From assembly GCA_907165135.1 (NCBI GenBank), contig OU015566.1, forward strand, positions 6,076,001 to 6,140,000: DNA of 64,000 nucleotides, given 5' to 3'. The notes under the pieces were generated by a model that saw nothing but the letters and a program-made list of their open reading frames with translations, made no database searches and was not told where the DNA came from. Position numbers and translations under genes: made by a program. Positions 10,893 through 23,239 of the stretch are shown here, in pieces. Numbering within the stretch: position 1 is the first letter of the stretch; each line of letters opens with the position of its first letter. This stretch comes from Oikopleura dioica. Lineage: Eukaryota; Animalia; Chordata.

Positions 10893-13800
10893 TTAAACGT
10901 CTGGGTATTTTTCGTAAGAGAAGATTCTGATTTCAAAGGTAGAAGCAGCGTCGGCAGCTTCGTTGGAGATCCAGACGTTCATCTGCTCGCCGTCGAGGAC
11001 TGGATAGTCGTTGTCGTTAAATCGCTTGGCGTCGATTTTTACTCCATCGATGGAAAGTTTGTGCCAGATCCATTGAGGCTGGTTGGGTGCCTGTTGCCAT
11101 TGTTCAAAAGTGTATGTGTTCCATTCTCCATCGTTGCAGTGGAAGTAATTTCTCGAGTAACCAGCAGCTGCTTTTGGATTCGCCCAAGTGATGTGCATTT
11201 TGTTCTCATTGCTCGATCTCCAGATCGCAAACTGGCGAGAACCGTAGACGCCGTCGTTGGGGCCTGTGGTCACGTGGAAGATGTTTTTAAAGCCGTTGAA
11301 GGGGAGAGAGTGGTCGCACTTGATGTCGATCGAGAATTTGTAGTTCTTGACGGCGGTGATTGTGGCGGCAAGATTGCCCTGGACGGGAGAGACGGAATCA
11401 ACACCGACGATCACGCAGTTGTCCACGTCGTTGCAGTTCTGGGGGCCGAGAGGGATGTCATCAAAGAATTGATAGCTGAAGTTTCTGATTTCGTAATTGA
11501 TTGCTGGGTGCCATCGACCAGCGTAGACTTTGATGTCATCATTTCGGAAAACATCAGCAGTTGGCACTTGGCGGGTGTGTTTGGTGACCCCATCAATGGT
11601 GAAAACAATGTCCGTGAGTGCAGGATCGCCGGCGTTTTGTCGCTGAGAGAGTTTGTAGGTGTTCCAGTCGCCTTAAAATAAGAATAACCCTCTTTCATTA
11701 TTCAAATGATAAAAAAATATGAGTTTTCATACCATCGTTGCAATCGAACCAGAATCCGGTATCGTTTTTGACTCCAGTCGGATCAGCAACATTGATTAAC
11801 AGTTTTCCTGGTCGACCAATTGGCGCTTCCCAAATCATGAAAACTCGCTCTCCAAGGACGCCTCTAGCGGCGCCACTGGTGATCTCGACAATGCTGTTGT
11901 GCACGTTGTCGTTCATCGTTCCGCATTTAATATCAACCGAGATCTCGTTGTTGGCGTGAGCAGTGATTGTGGCTTTTCGGAGGTTTAGTTCTGGAACAAC
12001 AGGTACTGAGCCAACGAATTCGAAGCAGTTTTCTCGCCCGTCAGAGCAGGGAGCGGCAGTTGGCTCTTCGTATGGAAGCTCGGCGAAAGTTTGGTAGAAG
12101 AAATTTCGGATTTGAAAAGCGGCAGCTGGGAGACCTTTGGAAAGAAAGACTTTGATGGGAACGTCCTTGAGGATTTCGCTCGTTTCAGCGCGGACAGAAT
12201 GGACATTGACTCCATCAATGTAGACCGTGGAAGTGGTCATGAAAGGTTTATCAATATCCTGCCGCTGCTCGAGAGTGTAAGTATTCCACTCGCCAGGAAC
12301 GCAATCCCAGAAGCGACCGGTCTCGCCCCACTGATTGCCGATAGGAGAAGCGTAGTTGATGAGTATTTCTTGGCTCGTATGCCTTCGCCAGAAAGAAAAG
12401 AAACGATCTCCAAGAGTTCTTGTTCCATCATCTTTGGTCATGTGGAGAAGCTGGTAATGGACGCCGGCAATAGGCATGTCATGATTGCAGAGAATTTCGA
12501 CTGATGTTTTGTGGTTGACAGCGGCTGTGACAGTTGCGATCTGGTTGTTTTCTGAGGGTGAGATTGAAGAAGCATCGATGAAAGTGGTGCAGTTTTCTTT
12601 GTCAAAACAAGGGTCGCCATGGAAAATTGCTTGGTGATAGAAGTTTCGGACGAGATGATCGTAAGCAGCTGGCCAGACAAATGCATTTGATGCTTCAACA
12701 AACAGAGGACCCTGATAGGTTTCTGTTTTTCGAACTTCTTGGGACGCTACGACTGATCCGTCCATAAGAATTTCAAGAAGCATATGGTTCTTGCCAGATT
12801 CTGTTTGCTGCACAGTAAAAGTATGCCAGCCAGGAAGGCAGGAAACGTAGGCATTTAGTTCGTGATTTGCATTTTCAAAAGCAGGCGCGACAATTCTAAT
12901 TCCATCGGGTTTGTTGGCTTCTTTCCAGATTGTGAAATATCGATCACCAAAGTTCTCTCGGTTGGTGCCAGTGTGAACGTGGAGAACATTTTCCCAAGAA
13001 GGAGCGACTCGGTCAGTGCACTGAACTTCAGCGGAGATTTTGAATCCAAGATGTCCGTTCGATTCGCCAAGTCGGTTTCCTCTGAATGGAGCGACTAAGC
13101 AGCTGTCCTGGAAAGTCTCGCAGTTCTCGAGTCCTTCGCATGGATCGATTGTTTCGTCACATGATTCAGGCTCGTAAGGCCGCGATGAGTGGATAAAATT
13201 TTTAATTTTGAAGAAACTGGCGGGCTCGAACCAGCTGTTTCCGGACCAGACTTCGACTGGGCCGACGAAGGCATCGGTGTGATGGATGATGTTGGAGCCG
13301 AGAGCGTTTCCATCTTGGAAGACGGTGAGTTCGAGTCGGCCAAAATCAACCTGAGTTTGCTTGACAGCGATGTTAGTCCAGGAGTTATCTTCGCAGTCGA
13401 CGAAGTATTCGACCTCGTCGAATTGAGTGTTGCCCTTGAGAGGAGCGTTGATTTTGAGTTTTCCATCGTCTCGCTGCCAGATAGTGAAGTATCTGTCTCC
13501 AAAGTTCTCTCTGTATCCACCTTGAGTCATGTGGACGACGCTCTGCCAAGAGTGCCCTTCACTTCGACGGCAGAAGACGTCAACGCTGGCGCTATAGACA
13601 GCATTACCGTCGACTGATCCGATTTGAGTGCTGTGCTGAGGTCGGATGCTGCAGCTGTCGACAAGGGTATCGCAGTTATCTCGTTCCTCGCATGGGTCAA
13701 CAGGCTGGCAAGGTTCAGCTTCGGGGAAAGTCTGGTGGTAGAAGTTTCTCACTTTGAATCCAGTGGCAGAATCGTGGAAGTCGTTGGAGACATCGACAAA

Positions 13801-15261
13801 GAGATCACCGCTGTAGACATCATCCACGTCCACGATTCTAGTGAGGACAACTTCATCATCGATCGACATGGTCAGCTCAAGAGTGTCTTTAGCGTCGGTA
13901 TATTGTTGTTCAATTTGATATTTGTTCCATTTGCCGGGAGTACAGGTTGGGTAGTGGTTGACCATGAAGTTTCCGCCACCGGAGTTTTTGAGTGGAGCGC
14001 TTAATTTCATAGTCTCAGCTCCGGCAAAGAGAGCAAAATATCTGTCTCCGAAAACCTCTCTGCTGGTGCCAGTGTGCATGTGGATGATATTCTGCCAATC
14101 GTTTGGCGTTTCGCCGCATTTGACTTCAGCGGAGACCTTGAAAGCGGGCGAACCGTTTGTTGTGGCGATACTGTTGTTTTTGGATGGACGAATTCCGCAG
14201 CTGTCGACAAAAGCTTCGCAGTTTTCTCGTCCAGTGCAGGGATCAGCTGGAACACAAACGTTTGGATCAGGGCCGGGTTTGCATCTGCAGGATTGAGCGG
14301 AGTCGATGATCCACTGACCGTCGACCCAAAGGGCGAGATCGGAAGTGATGAGTTCAGCGTCAAACATCATCCCAGAGACAAAGTTGCCGTCATTTTTGAA
14401 GTTCATTTTCCAGTGGTGCTTGTTACTTCCTGCGATTTCAGCTGGCTCAGTAAGTGGATGGTTCCATTTCTGAAAGAAGACTGGCTCGGTGAACTTAATG
14501 CTGACAAAATCGCCCTTCGAAGGGTCGAAATTGAAGCCGCCGCCGGTTCCGTAGTAGGCTCTGATTCGAAAGCAGTTTCGGCAGGTCCATTCGTTTTCGA
14601 AGAATATCTCCGAGTTGCCGAGACTTCTGCATTTAGCATGTCTGTTCTTGCCACAGACACTTTTCACTGGAGCAAGAGTTGTTGGTTCCTCGGTCGGGGC
14701 TGGTTCCGTGGTCGCAATGGACGTATCGCATCGTCCAGCTCGACGAGCGACATTTTTGAGCTTATGAGAGCGTATGCTCACTCTTTCCAAAACTTCCGCT
14801 TCGGAAATCCTTCAACACACCCAAATGTTCTAGCGTAGCTTCGGATCATCGATGCAACTTTCAGAGAGTCCTCGCATAGATTGTCAATTGTTTCGATTTC
14901 GTCGGCAAATTTGTCTTCTTCTGCTGGTGGAGGACATTTGGAAGTGTCGATATTGTTGAGGTCTTCAAGAACTCTGCCAACCCATTTTTCAACGCCATCT
15001 TTTTGTTTCTGAGTAGATCGGGGGTAGGACTGGACGAAGGCATTGAGCTCAGTTGCTCGAGCTGTGATCTTCTCGAGTCGCCTTTCGGCACTAGAATTTT
15101 TGATCTTATTAATGAATAAACAGAATTGGGGATGAAGTTAAAAAAAAACGAAAATTATCAAAAAAATTTCAAAAAAATTTTTAAAATAAACTTCGCAAAA
15201 ATACTTACTCTGGCTCTCTGGCAGCTAAAGCTGAAGAAATGACTGCTGACAACAGCTTCAT
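10893..15261 (-). CDS. Lectin-array gene A: secreted, N-terminal helical domain, beta-domain, 6 LamG/ConA-like repeats; 1-nt frameshift at ~14789-14792
   Basis: Exons 15209-15261, 11733-15090 and 10893-11671. Signal peptide MKLLSAVISSALAA; ~185-aa repeats DPC..NC...DS..I.P..N...W..IIH...GDRYF...W..Y...Q...IDG...RNF.YQ. The total length is 1 nt short of a multiple of 3. Confidence 0.9.
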
Positions 15262-15892
15262 TTCTTCTCTTTTTTTTCTCTGTAGTCAGATTATGGCCTC
15301 AAAAGGGACCAAATCCTCGCTTATATTGAAAACTGGGTCGCCAGGTGGCATCTATTGCGAGTCAGAAATCGTTGGTGGTGGTGGTGCACGTTGGTGCTCG
15401 TGATGCATCGAAGGCCACGCACGTTGAGCTTCGTTGTGCTTTGTCCGGCCTTGAATAAATCTTTGTCCTCTGGTTGATCCTTTTTCTGAGCCCCGAAAAT
15501 CCGAGTCAATTGAACGTTACGGTTTTTTATCATGTTTTTCTTTTCAGACTCAGAGGAAAGTTCTATTATTTGGAATTTTTTTAATTTTTTTTTTAATATT
15601 TTGAAATAGAAATTTTATAGATACAAGAATTCTGAAACTGTTTGACCTTGCTTTTCACCGATTCTGCTTTTTTCTATAGAACTAAACTTCGAATGTGGTT
15701 TTCATCGAGCTTTTTTGTACTTTGATTCTTCCGAGGAGTCCAAGTGTGCGTAAATTGATGCTCTTCTGATTGGAATCAATCAAAGTGGGTAGCCCCGGTT
15801 TTCTAGCAAGTTAAGCGTTTATTTTTGTCAGGCGTGAGCATGGTTTTAATTATTGCCCGCTGGTTGAATAACTGAGACAGATCAGAGGTAGC

Positions 15893-15915
15893 GGGTTGAC
15901 GTTTATGCATTGGCC
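15893..15915 (-). promoter_or_regulatory. Conserved upstream element shared with gene C (38677-38699)
   Basis: 23 identical bases GGCCAATGCATAAACGTCAACCC in a gene-relative orientation, with similar flanks. Confidence 0.6.
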
Positions 15916-16732
15916 AAGTGGCAGCCTTGACTCGATGACTTAGATTTAGGAGTTCAAAGTTTTCAACTCTCATTAGAAAAGAGTGACTGTAGGATCGTTT
16001 GAGCGTCATTCCGCTCAAACCGTTATGAATTTAGTTTTTAAAAGGTATGAGCAGGGTATTTTTGGGGTATTTGCTGCTCAGTTTTAATAACTGAATGCAA
16101 TTAACGCCGGAAATAACGCAAAGAAGAAAAATGCTCGCTTCAATTCTTTTTCATTTCTCAACTCTTTTATTCGAGCATTGGCCAAACTAAGAGTCCTTGA
16201 TTTTTTCAAAACGCTGGATTCACTAACTGGTTAGTAAGAGGTTATTCGATTGAAGAACATCCTTCAAAGTGATTGTTGAGTGAAGAGCTAAAAATGCCCA
16301 GAAGTATTCCTTGAGTTGGATTCTACTGTATCATTTCATTTTAGAACAAAGTGTTTTGACTCAGGTTGTTGTGGGTATCAACGATCTTGGATGATTTGAT
16401 ATTAGATAAAGAGAACTCTAACACGACGTAACGGAAGTAGCAGGAATTTGGACATCCGCATTACGCGAGTCCCAAAATTTTGGAACATGAATTTTTAATT
16501 TTGGCCGAAATAGTTTTTCTGAAAAAGGGAAGTATTAGAGGTCATTTTTATAATATAGCTTGAAATAATCGCGGATTATTTTCGCGGCATAATTTTTTTT
16601 TTCTACTTTGAGGAATGAGAATGACGATATTTTATTTTTTGATTTTATTGATAAAAATTGTTAGCAGGGGATGTTATTTACAGAGAATTGAAAAAAAAAA
16701 ATTCTTGGACAGACCATAATTTATAAAATTTC

Positions 16733-19700
16733 TCAAACTTCATCAAAGAATTGATAGCTGAAATTTCTGATTTCGTAGTTGGTGGCTGGGTGCCATCGAC
16801 CAGCGTAGACGTGGATGTCGTCGTCTCGGAGGACGTCAGCGGAGGGCACTTGGCGAGTGTGTTTGGTTACTCCGTCAATGGTGAAAACAATGTCGGTGAG
16901 TGAAGAATCACCGGCGTTCTGTCGCTGGGAGAGTTTGTAGGTGTTCCAGTCGCCTTAAAGATATATTATCAAAGGATTATCTTTAGTATCTTCGCGATGG
17001 TTTAAATAAAATCTGACTTTTCTTACCTTCATTGCAATCGAACCAGAATCCGGTATCGCTGTTAACTCCAGTTGGATCAGCAACATTGATCAACAGTTTT
17101 CCTGGTCGACCAGTTGGAGCTTCCCAAATCATGAAAACTCGTTCTCCGAGGACTCCTCGAGCGGCGCCATTGGTGATTTCAACGATGCTGTTGTGCACGT
17201 TGTCGTTCATAGCTCCGCACTTGATGTCAACAGAGATTTCATTGTTGGCGTGAGCAGTGATTGTTGCTTTTCGGAGGTTCAGTTGTGGAGCAGCTGGGGT
17301 CGAACCGACGAATTCGAAGCAGTTTACTCGTCCGTCAGAGCAAGGAACAGCAGTTGGCTCCTCGTATGTAAGCTCGGGGAAAGTTTGGTAGAAGAAATTT
17401 CGGATTTGGAAAGCATTAGCTGGAAGACCTTTGGAAGCAAAGACCTTAATTGGAACATCCTTGAGGATCTCGCTGGTTTCGGCGCGGACAGAATGAACAT
17501 TGACTCCATCAATTTTGACCGTAGAAGTGGTCATGTGAGGAGCTTCACTGTCTTGGAATTGCTCGAGAGTGTAAGTGTTCCACTCGCCAGGAGTGCAATC
17601 CCAGAAGCGGCCGGTTTCACCCCACTGGTTGCCCATTGGAGAAGCGTAGTTGATGAGAATCTCTTGGCTCGTGTGTCTTCGCCAGAAGGAGAAGAATCGA
17701 TCTCCAAGGCTTCTTGTTCCGTCATCTTTAGTCATGTGGAGAATCTGGTAGTGAACGCCGGCAATAGGCATGTCATGTGTGCAGAGGATGTCGACTGATG
17801 TAATGTGATTGACGGAAGCAGTGACAGTTGCGATCTGGTTGTTTTCTGAGGGCGACATTGGAGCAGCATTAATGAAGGTCTCGCAGTTAGGTCTTGAGCG
17901 AACATAACCGTCGGCTGCGCATGGATCAGTCTGCATTTTCGGGTAAGTCTGATAGAAGAAGTTTCGGATGGCGTAGGCGGATCCAGCATCGTTCCATCTG
18001 TTCGACAAGTAGACATCAAGATCTGCCTCGGCGTAGACTTCGTGAGTGGCAACAGAGTTGGAGTAAACAACGACGTCATCGAGAGAAACAGAGAGATCAA
18101 CAATTGTTGGGTTGTCGGAATTCTGTTGTCGCTCGAATCGCCAAGTCTGCCACTCGCCAGGAACGCAATCAAACCAGCCGCTTTGGGCCCAGAATCCGTC
18201 GGTTGAAGGGTCAGCGACGGCCAATTGAAGCTTCTGATTGTCCTTGTGTCGGTTGAGCATGAAGAATCGTTGTCCGGGGTTTCCGTCGAGCTGCATCGAG
18301 GTCATCTGGAGGATATTCGTCCAATCGCCAAGTTCCATGTCGTGAGAGCATTGGACTTCGGCGCTGACGACGCTGTTGAATTCAGCTCTGACTGTAGCAA
18401 CTTTGTTTTTGTTTTCAGGTCGGATGTCACAGGAGTCGACAAAAGTGGTGCAGTCAGCCTGGCCTTCACAAGGATCGACAGCAACGCATGGCTCGTAGTC
18501 GACTTCGTCGAAGGTCTTGTAGAAGAAGTTTCGGACTTCGTAGTCAGCAGCAGCGTCGTTCCATTTATTCGAAGCGTAAACTCTGAGCTCATCTCCTTTT
18601 AAAACTCGGTGAGTGGCGACAACTCGTTCGGCGACAATGTCGTCGTTAACGCTGACGACGATGTTGGTCAGAGCTGGGTTGCTTTCGTCCTGTCTTTGCT
18701 CGAGTTTGTAAGTGTTCCATTCGCCTGGGACGCAGTCAAAATCACCGGCATTCGAAAAGTACTTGAAAGTTTCGGGGTTTGCAAAGCCAAGTGTGATCGC
18801 CTGAGAGTCTGGTCTGCGGTTGAGCATAAAGAATCGCTGGCCGGGGTTGCCATCAAGAGCCATGCTTGTCAGTTGAACAAAGTTCATGTAGGAGCTAAAT
18901 TCAACGTGAGTGCAGAGGACATCGACAGATGTGACGTGGTTGACGGAGGCGACGACGTTGGTGATTCGGTTGTTCTTGACGGGGTTGATGGCGCAGGAAT
19001 CGATGAAAGTCTCGCAGTTGTCTTCGCCGTGGCATGGATCGACACAAGTGATATCCTGGTGGTAGAAGTTTCGGACGACGTGATCGTAAGCAGCTGGCCA
19101 AGCGAATTCATTGGATGCTTCGACAAAGAGTGGTCCTTGGTAAGTATCAGTTTTTCGGACTTCCTGAGATTCGACGACAACTCCGTCCATCAAAATTTCG
19201 AGAAGCATATAATTCTTGCTGGACTCGGATTGTTGGACGGTGAATGTGTGCCAGCCGGGAGCGCAGGAAACGTAAGCGTTGAGTTCGTAAAGAGGGTTTT
19301 CAAAGGCAGGGGCGACGATTCTGATTCCATCGGGTTTGTTGGCTTCCTTCCAGATTGTGAAATATCGATCACCGAAGTTCTCTCGGTTGGTGCCAGTGTG
19401 GACGTGGAGAACGTTTTCCCAAGAAGGAGCAACTCGGTCAGTGCACTGAACTTCAGCGGAGATTTTGAATCCGAGATGTCCGTTCGATTCTCCAAGTCGG
19501 TTTCCTCTGAATGGAGCGACTCCGCAGCTGTCCTGGAAAGTCTCGCAGTTCTCGAGTCCTTCGCATGGATCAATAGCATCGCATGGCTCAGGTTCGTAGG
19601 GTTGCGATGAGTGGATAAAATTCTTGATCTTGAAGAAACTGGCGGGCTCGAACCAGCTGTTTCCAGACCAGACCTCAACTGGGCCGACAAAGGCGTCGGT

Positions 19701-21776
19701 GTGGTGGATAATGTTGGAGCCGAGAGCGTTTCCATCTTGGAAGACGGTGAGTTCGAGTCGGCCAAAATCAATCTGAGTTTGCTTGACAGCGATGTTAGTC
19801 CAGGAGTTATCTTCGCAGTCGACAAAGTATTCGACCTCGTCGAATTGAGTGTTGCCCTTGAGTGGAGCGTTGATTTTGAGTTTACCATCGTCTCGTTGCC
19901 AGATGGTGAAATATCTGTCTCCAAAGTTTTCTCTGTATCCACCTTGAGTCATGTGGACGACGCTCTGCCAGGAGTGGCCTTCAGTTCGGCGACAGAAGAC
20001 ATCAACGCTGGCGCTGTAGACAGCATTACCATCGACGGATCCGATTTGAGTGCTGTGCTGAGGTCGGATGCTGCAGCTGTCGACGAGAGTGTCGCAGTTG
20101 TCTCGTCCCTCGCATGGATCAACTGGGTCGCAAGGTTCAGCTTCGGGGAAAGTCTGGTGGTAGAAGTTTCTGACCTCGAAGCCAGTGGCAGAATCGTGGT
20201 AGTCGTTGGAGACATCGACAAAGAGATCACCGCTGAAGGCATCGGCTACGTCGACGATTCGAGTGACAAAGACTTCATCATCGATTGACATGGTGAGCTC
20301 GAGAGTGTCTTCAGCGTCGGTATATCGCTGCTCGACTTGGTATTTGTTCCACTCGCCAGGAGTGCAGCTCGGGTAGTGGTTGACCATGAAGTTTCCGCCG
20401 CCAGCTACGTTGCCGGAGTTTTTGAGTGGAGCGCTGAATTTCATCGTCTCAGGGCCAGCGAAAAGAGCAAAGTATCTGTCGCCAAGGACGTCCCATCTGC
20501 TGCCAGCGTTGATGTGGATGATGTTTTGCCAATCATCAGGAATCTCTCCGCATTTGACTTCAGCGGAGACCTTGAAAGCAGGCGAGCCTGTTGTAGTGGC
20601 AATATTGTTGTTTCTTGATGGAGTGATTCCGCAGCTATCGACGAAAGCTTCGCAGTTTTCTCTTCCGCTGCATGGATCAGCTGGTTCGCATTCGGGTGGA
20701 GGTGGAGGGCCAGGTTTGCATCTGCAAGACTGGGCAGAGTCGATGATCCACTGACCATCAACCCAGAGGTCAAGATCGGAAGTGATGAGTTCAGCGTCGA
20801 ACATCATTCCAGAAAGGAAGTTGCCGTCTTCCTTGAAGTTCATCTTCCAGTGGTGCTTGTTGCTTCCTGCAACTTCAACTGGTCCGTCCGGATGGATTGG
20901 ATGATTCCATTTCTGGAAGTAGACGGGCTCGGTGAACTTGATGCTGACGAAATCCTTCTTTGGGTTAAAAGTGAAGCCGCCGCCAGTGCCGTAGAAGGCT
21001 CTGATTCGGAAGCAGTTTCGGCAGGTCCATTCGTTTTCGAAGAAAATCTCCGAGTTTCCGAGACTACTGCAGACGGCATGCTGGTCTGCGTCACAGACGC
21101 CCGTCACTGGAGCCATAGTTGTTGGAGCCTCGGTCGGAGCTGGTTCCGTCGTCACTTCGGGCTTGTCGCATCGTCCAGCTCGGCGGGCGACCTTTTTCAG
21201 CTTATGGGATCGCTTGATCACCTTCTCCAAGAATTTTCGCTTCGGGAATCCTTCCACGCAGCCGAATTTTCGAGCGTAGCTTCGGATCATCGAGGGAACT
21301 CGTTCAGCGCCGGAGCAGAGATCTTCGATCGTGTCGATTTCGTCGGCGAATTTGTCTTCTTCGGCTGGAAGGGGACACTTGGAAGTGTCGATGTTGTTGA
21401 GATCCTGGAGGAGTCGGTTGACCCATCTGTCGACGTTGTCTTTTTGCTTCTGGGATGATTTGTCATAGGATTGGACGAAGGCATTGAGCTCAGTTGCTCG
21501 AGCTGTGATCTTCTCGAGTCGCCTTTCGGCACTATAATTTTCGATCAGATTTATAAATATTTTTTAAATAATTATTTCGATAAATAATTATTTATAAAAT
21601 AATTTTAGTAATTTTTTTCAATGAAGATTTTCGATAGAAATTTTAATAAAATAATCAATTTGATTCAAAAATTTGAAAATAATTTTATAAAAAATCATCT
21701 AAAAAAAGCTGATAAAGACTTACTCGGGCTCTCTGGCCGCCAAAGCCGAAGAAATGACAGCTGCCAACAGCTTCAT
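16733..21776 (-). CDS. Lectin-array gene B (~1592 aa): secreted, 7 LamG/ConA-like repeats
   Basis: Exons 21724-21776, 17027-21531 and 16733-16953 sum to 4779 nt. Ends YQFFDEV*, followed by an AATAAA signal. Confidence 0.9.
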
Positions 21777-21858
21777 TTCTATTTCTCTTTAGCTTTTAGC
21801 TTTTGAAGCGTGAGCTGGATTACAATTTACTTTTATTCTTTTCTGGGCCACACGGTGG
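21610..21858. repeat. Left copy of the ~249-bp direct duplication flanking gypsy element 2 (contains gene B exon 1)
   Basis: Matches 28681-28930 except for one A in a homopolymer. Confidence 0.95.
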
Positions 21859-22125
21859 TGACACGACTGTAGAAAAACTTTACATTTTGTAAATATCTTA
21901 TATATGAATTTTACGCCTATTGCAGCAACCTTTCTTATTCTTTTATCTACGCGCTGACCTGATTCCAATCGAGGGAGTGACGACCCGCTGATTCGAATCA
22001 TTGACCAACTGACCCACTTTACCCAGCTGATTTTACGCTTGACACAGTTCTGACCCTTTATAAGCGACTCTGCCAAGACAAAATTATTCAATTTCACAAT
22101 AAAACCAATCGAAAGGTTCAATTTT
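21859..22125 (+). repeat. 5' LTR(-derived) repeat of element 2
   Basis: Starts TGACAC; contains TTTATAAG and AATAAA; repeated at 28420-28686. Confidence 0.9.
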
Positions 22126-22150
22126 CTCTTTGCTTTTCTACAGACGCATC

Positions 22151-23239
22151 ATGGTGACCAACTTTGTGATCCGACACCCCTTCGAGCTTCTTGAGGACTT
22201 TACAAATAATACGACGCCAGAGACAAAGATAACGACAAGGACTTCTAAGACACAGCTCAAGAGAATCGAGAACGAACTCAAAGAGAAATTGGAACGAATG
22301 GGCTTGATCTTTAGAGCATCAATGACAGAGCATAAGATCAACGAAGAAACAAAGACTGCACTTGAGGCACAATTCAAGAATACACGTCGACGAATCTGTC
22401 TTTCTCATCTGGACAAAACATTCCGGGAACGATACGAGGACGAGTTCGAAGACATCAAAGGCTCAACAGATTTCTACGCTCTATTGCACCAGATTATTGG
22501 AGAGGAGAAACCAGAAGAACTTGCAAAAGAAGCACGTCAAAAACTCTCGACGATATCCAGACGCACAGACGAGGAGGAAACCTTTACACGATTCTATACA
22601 AGAATTGAAAAACTCGCCATTTTAGCAAGTAAAGGTAAAGATGTGCTGAAGGAACATTTTCTAGAGGAATCATTCAATTCCAATCTGACGCCAGATCTCA
22701 AACGTTACATTCTGGACCAGGGACAATCATCAAAAACGCCAAAAGAAATCGCAAACTACCTGGACAAGATGAAAAAATTCAAACGACGAGTCGAAATAAG
22801 TGCCGTCAGCCTGGAGAACAATCTTCTTAAAGAAGAAGTCTCCGCATTACGACTTGAATCTGCTTCCTTTTCTCAGCTACTTGCGAAAATGGATGCAAAG
22901 ATGGATGCCCTCAAAATCGAACTCGCTGAGGTAAATAAGATTAAGGCGACGACCCGAGAACAACCACGGGAAAGTTTCAACCAATCCCGACAGACAACCG
23001 AACAGCAAAACGCGATTCATACCACGGCCCGATTCACTGCTCCTTCTGGAAACTCGTTCAACCCGGAACGGCCAAGAACACAACTCGAACGACGACGTGA
23101 CGGCTCAATTATCACCTGCTTTTCTTGCGGAATGAAGGGCCACTCCAAGAAGAACTGCCGAGGAACTGTCATCTGCCACATTTGCAATCAACGCGGCCAT
23201 ATCAAGGACATCTGCCCATCGCGACAGCCAAAAAACTAA
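22151..23239 (+). CDS. gag: Gag with two CCHC zinc knuckles
   Basis: CFSCGMKGHSKKNC and CHICNQRGHIKDIC near the C-terminus; helical capsid-like region upstream. Confidence 0.9.
   Translation: MVTNFVIRHPFELLEDFTNNTTPETKITTRTSKTQLKRIENELKEKLERMGLIFRASMTEHKINEETKTALEAQFKNTRRRICLSHLDKTFRERYEDEFEDIKGSTDFYALLHQIIGEEKPEELAKEARQKLSTISRRTDEEETFTRFYTRIEKLAILASKGKDVLKEHFLEESFNSNLTPDLKRYILDQGQSSKTPKEIANYLDKMKKFKRRVEISAVSLENNLLKEEVSALRLESASFSQLLAKMDAKMDALKIELAEVNKIKATTREQPRESFNQSRQTTEQQNAIHTTARFTAPSGNSFNPERPRTQLERRRDGSIITCFSCGMKGHSKKNCRGTVICHICNQRGHIKDICPSRQPKN
22152..22170 (+). other. Putative primer-binding site (tRNA-Trp-like), overlapping the gag ATG
   Basis: CA|TGGTGACCAACTTTGTGAT resembles the tRNA-Trp PBS TGGTGACCCCGACGTGAT recalled from vertebrates. 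Confidence 0.5.

Noticed and set aside
16420-16560. Similarity to 29960-30210 (inverted) and ~5270 (GACGTAACGGA...TCCGCATTAC.CGAGTCCCAAAA)
   Set aside because: Probably fragments of a dispersed repeat; ends and TSD could not be defined.
11061-21458. Long plus-strand ORFs (e.g. 14074-14838, 18609-19610, 19611-20288) and matching minus-strand ORFs over gene C
   Set aside because: Antisense or alternative-frame shadows of the codon-biased lectin-array genes; no independent domains.
21789-22121. Duplicated 110/95-aa minus-strand ORF (also 28395-28682)
   Set aside because: Lies in the LTR repeat, has no recognisable motif, and is duplicated only because the LTR is.
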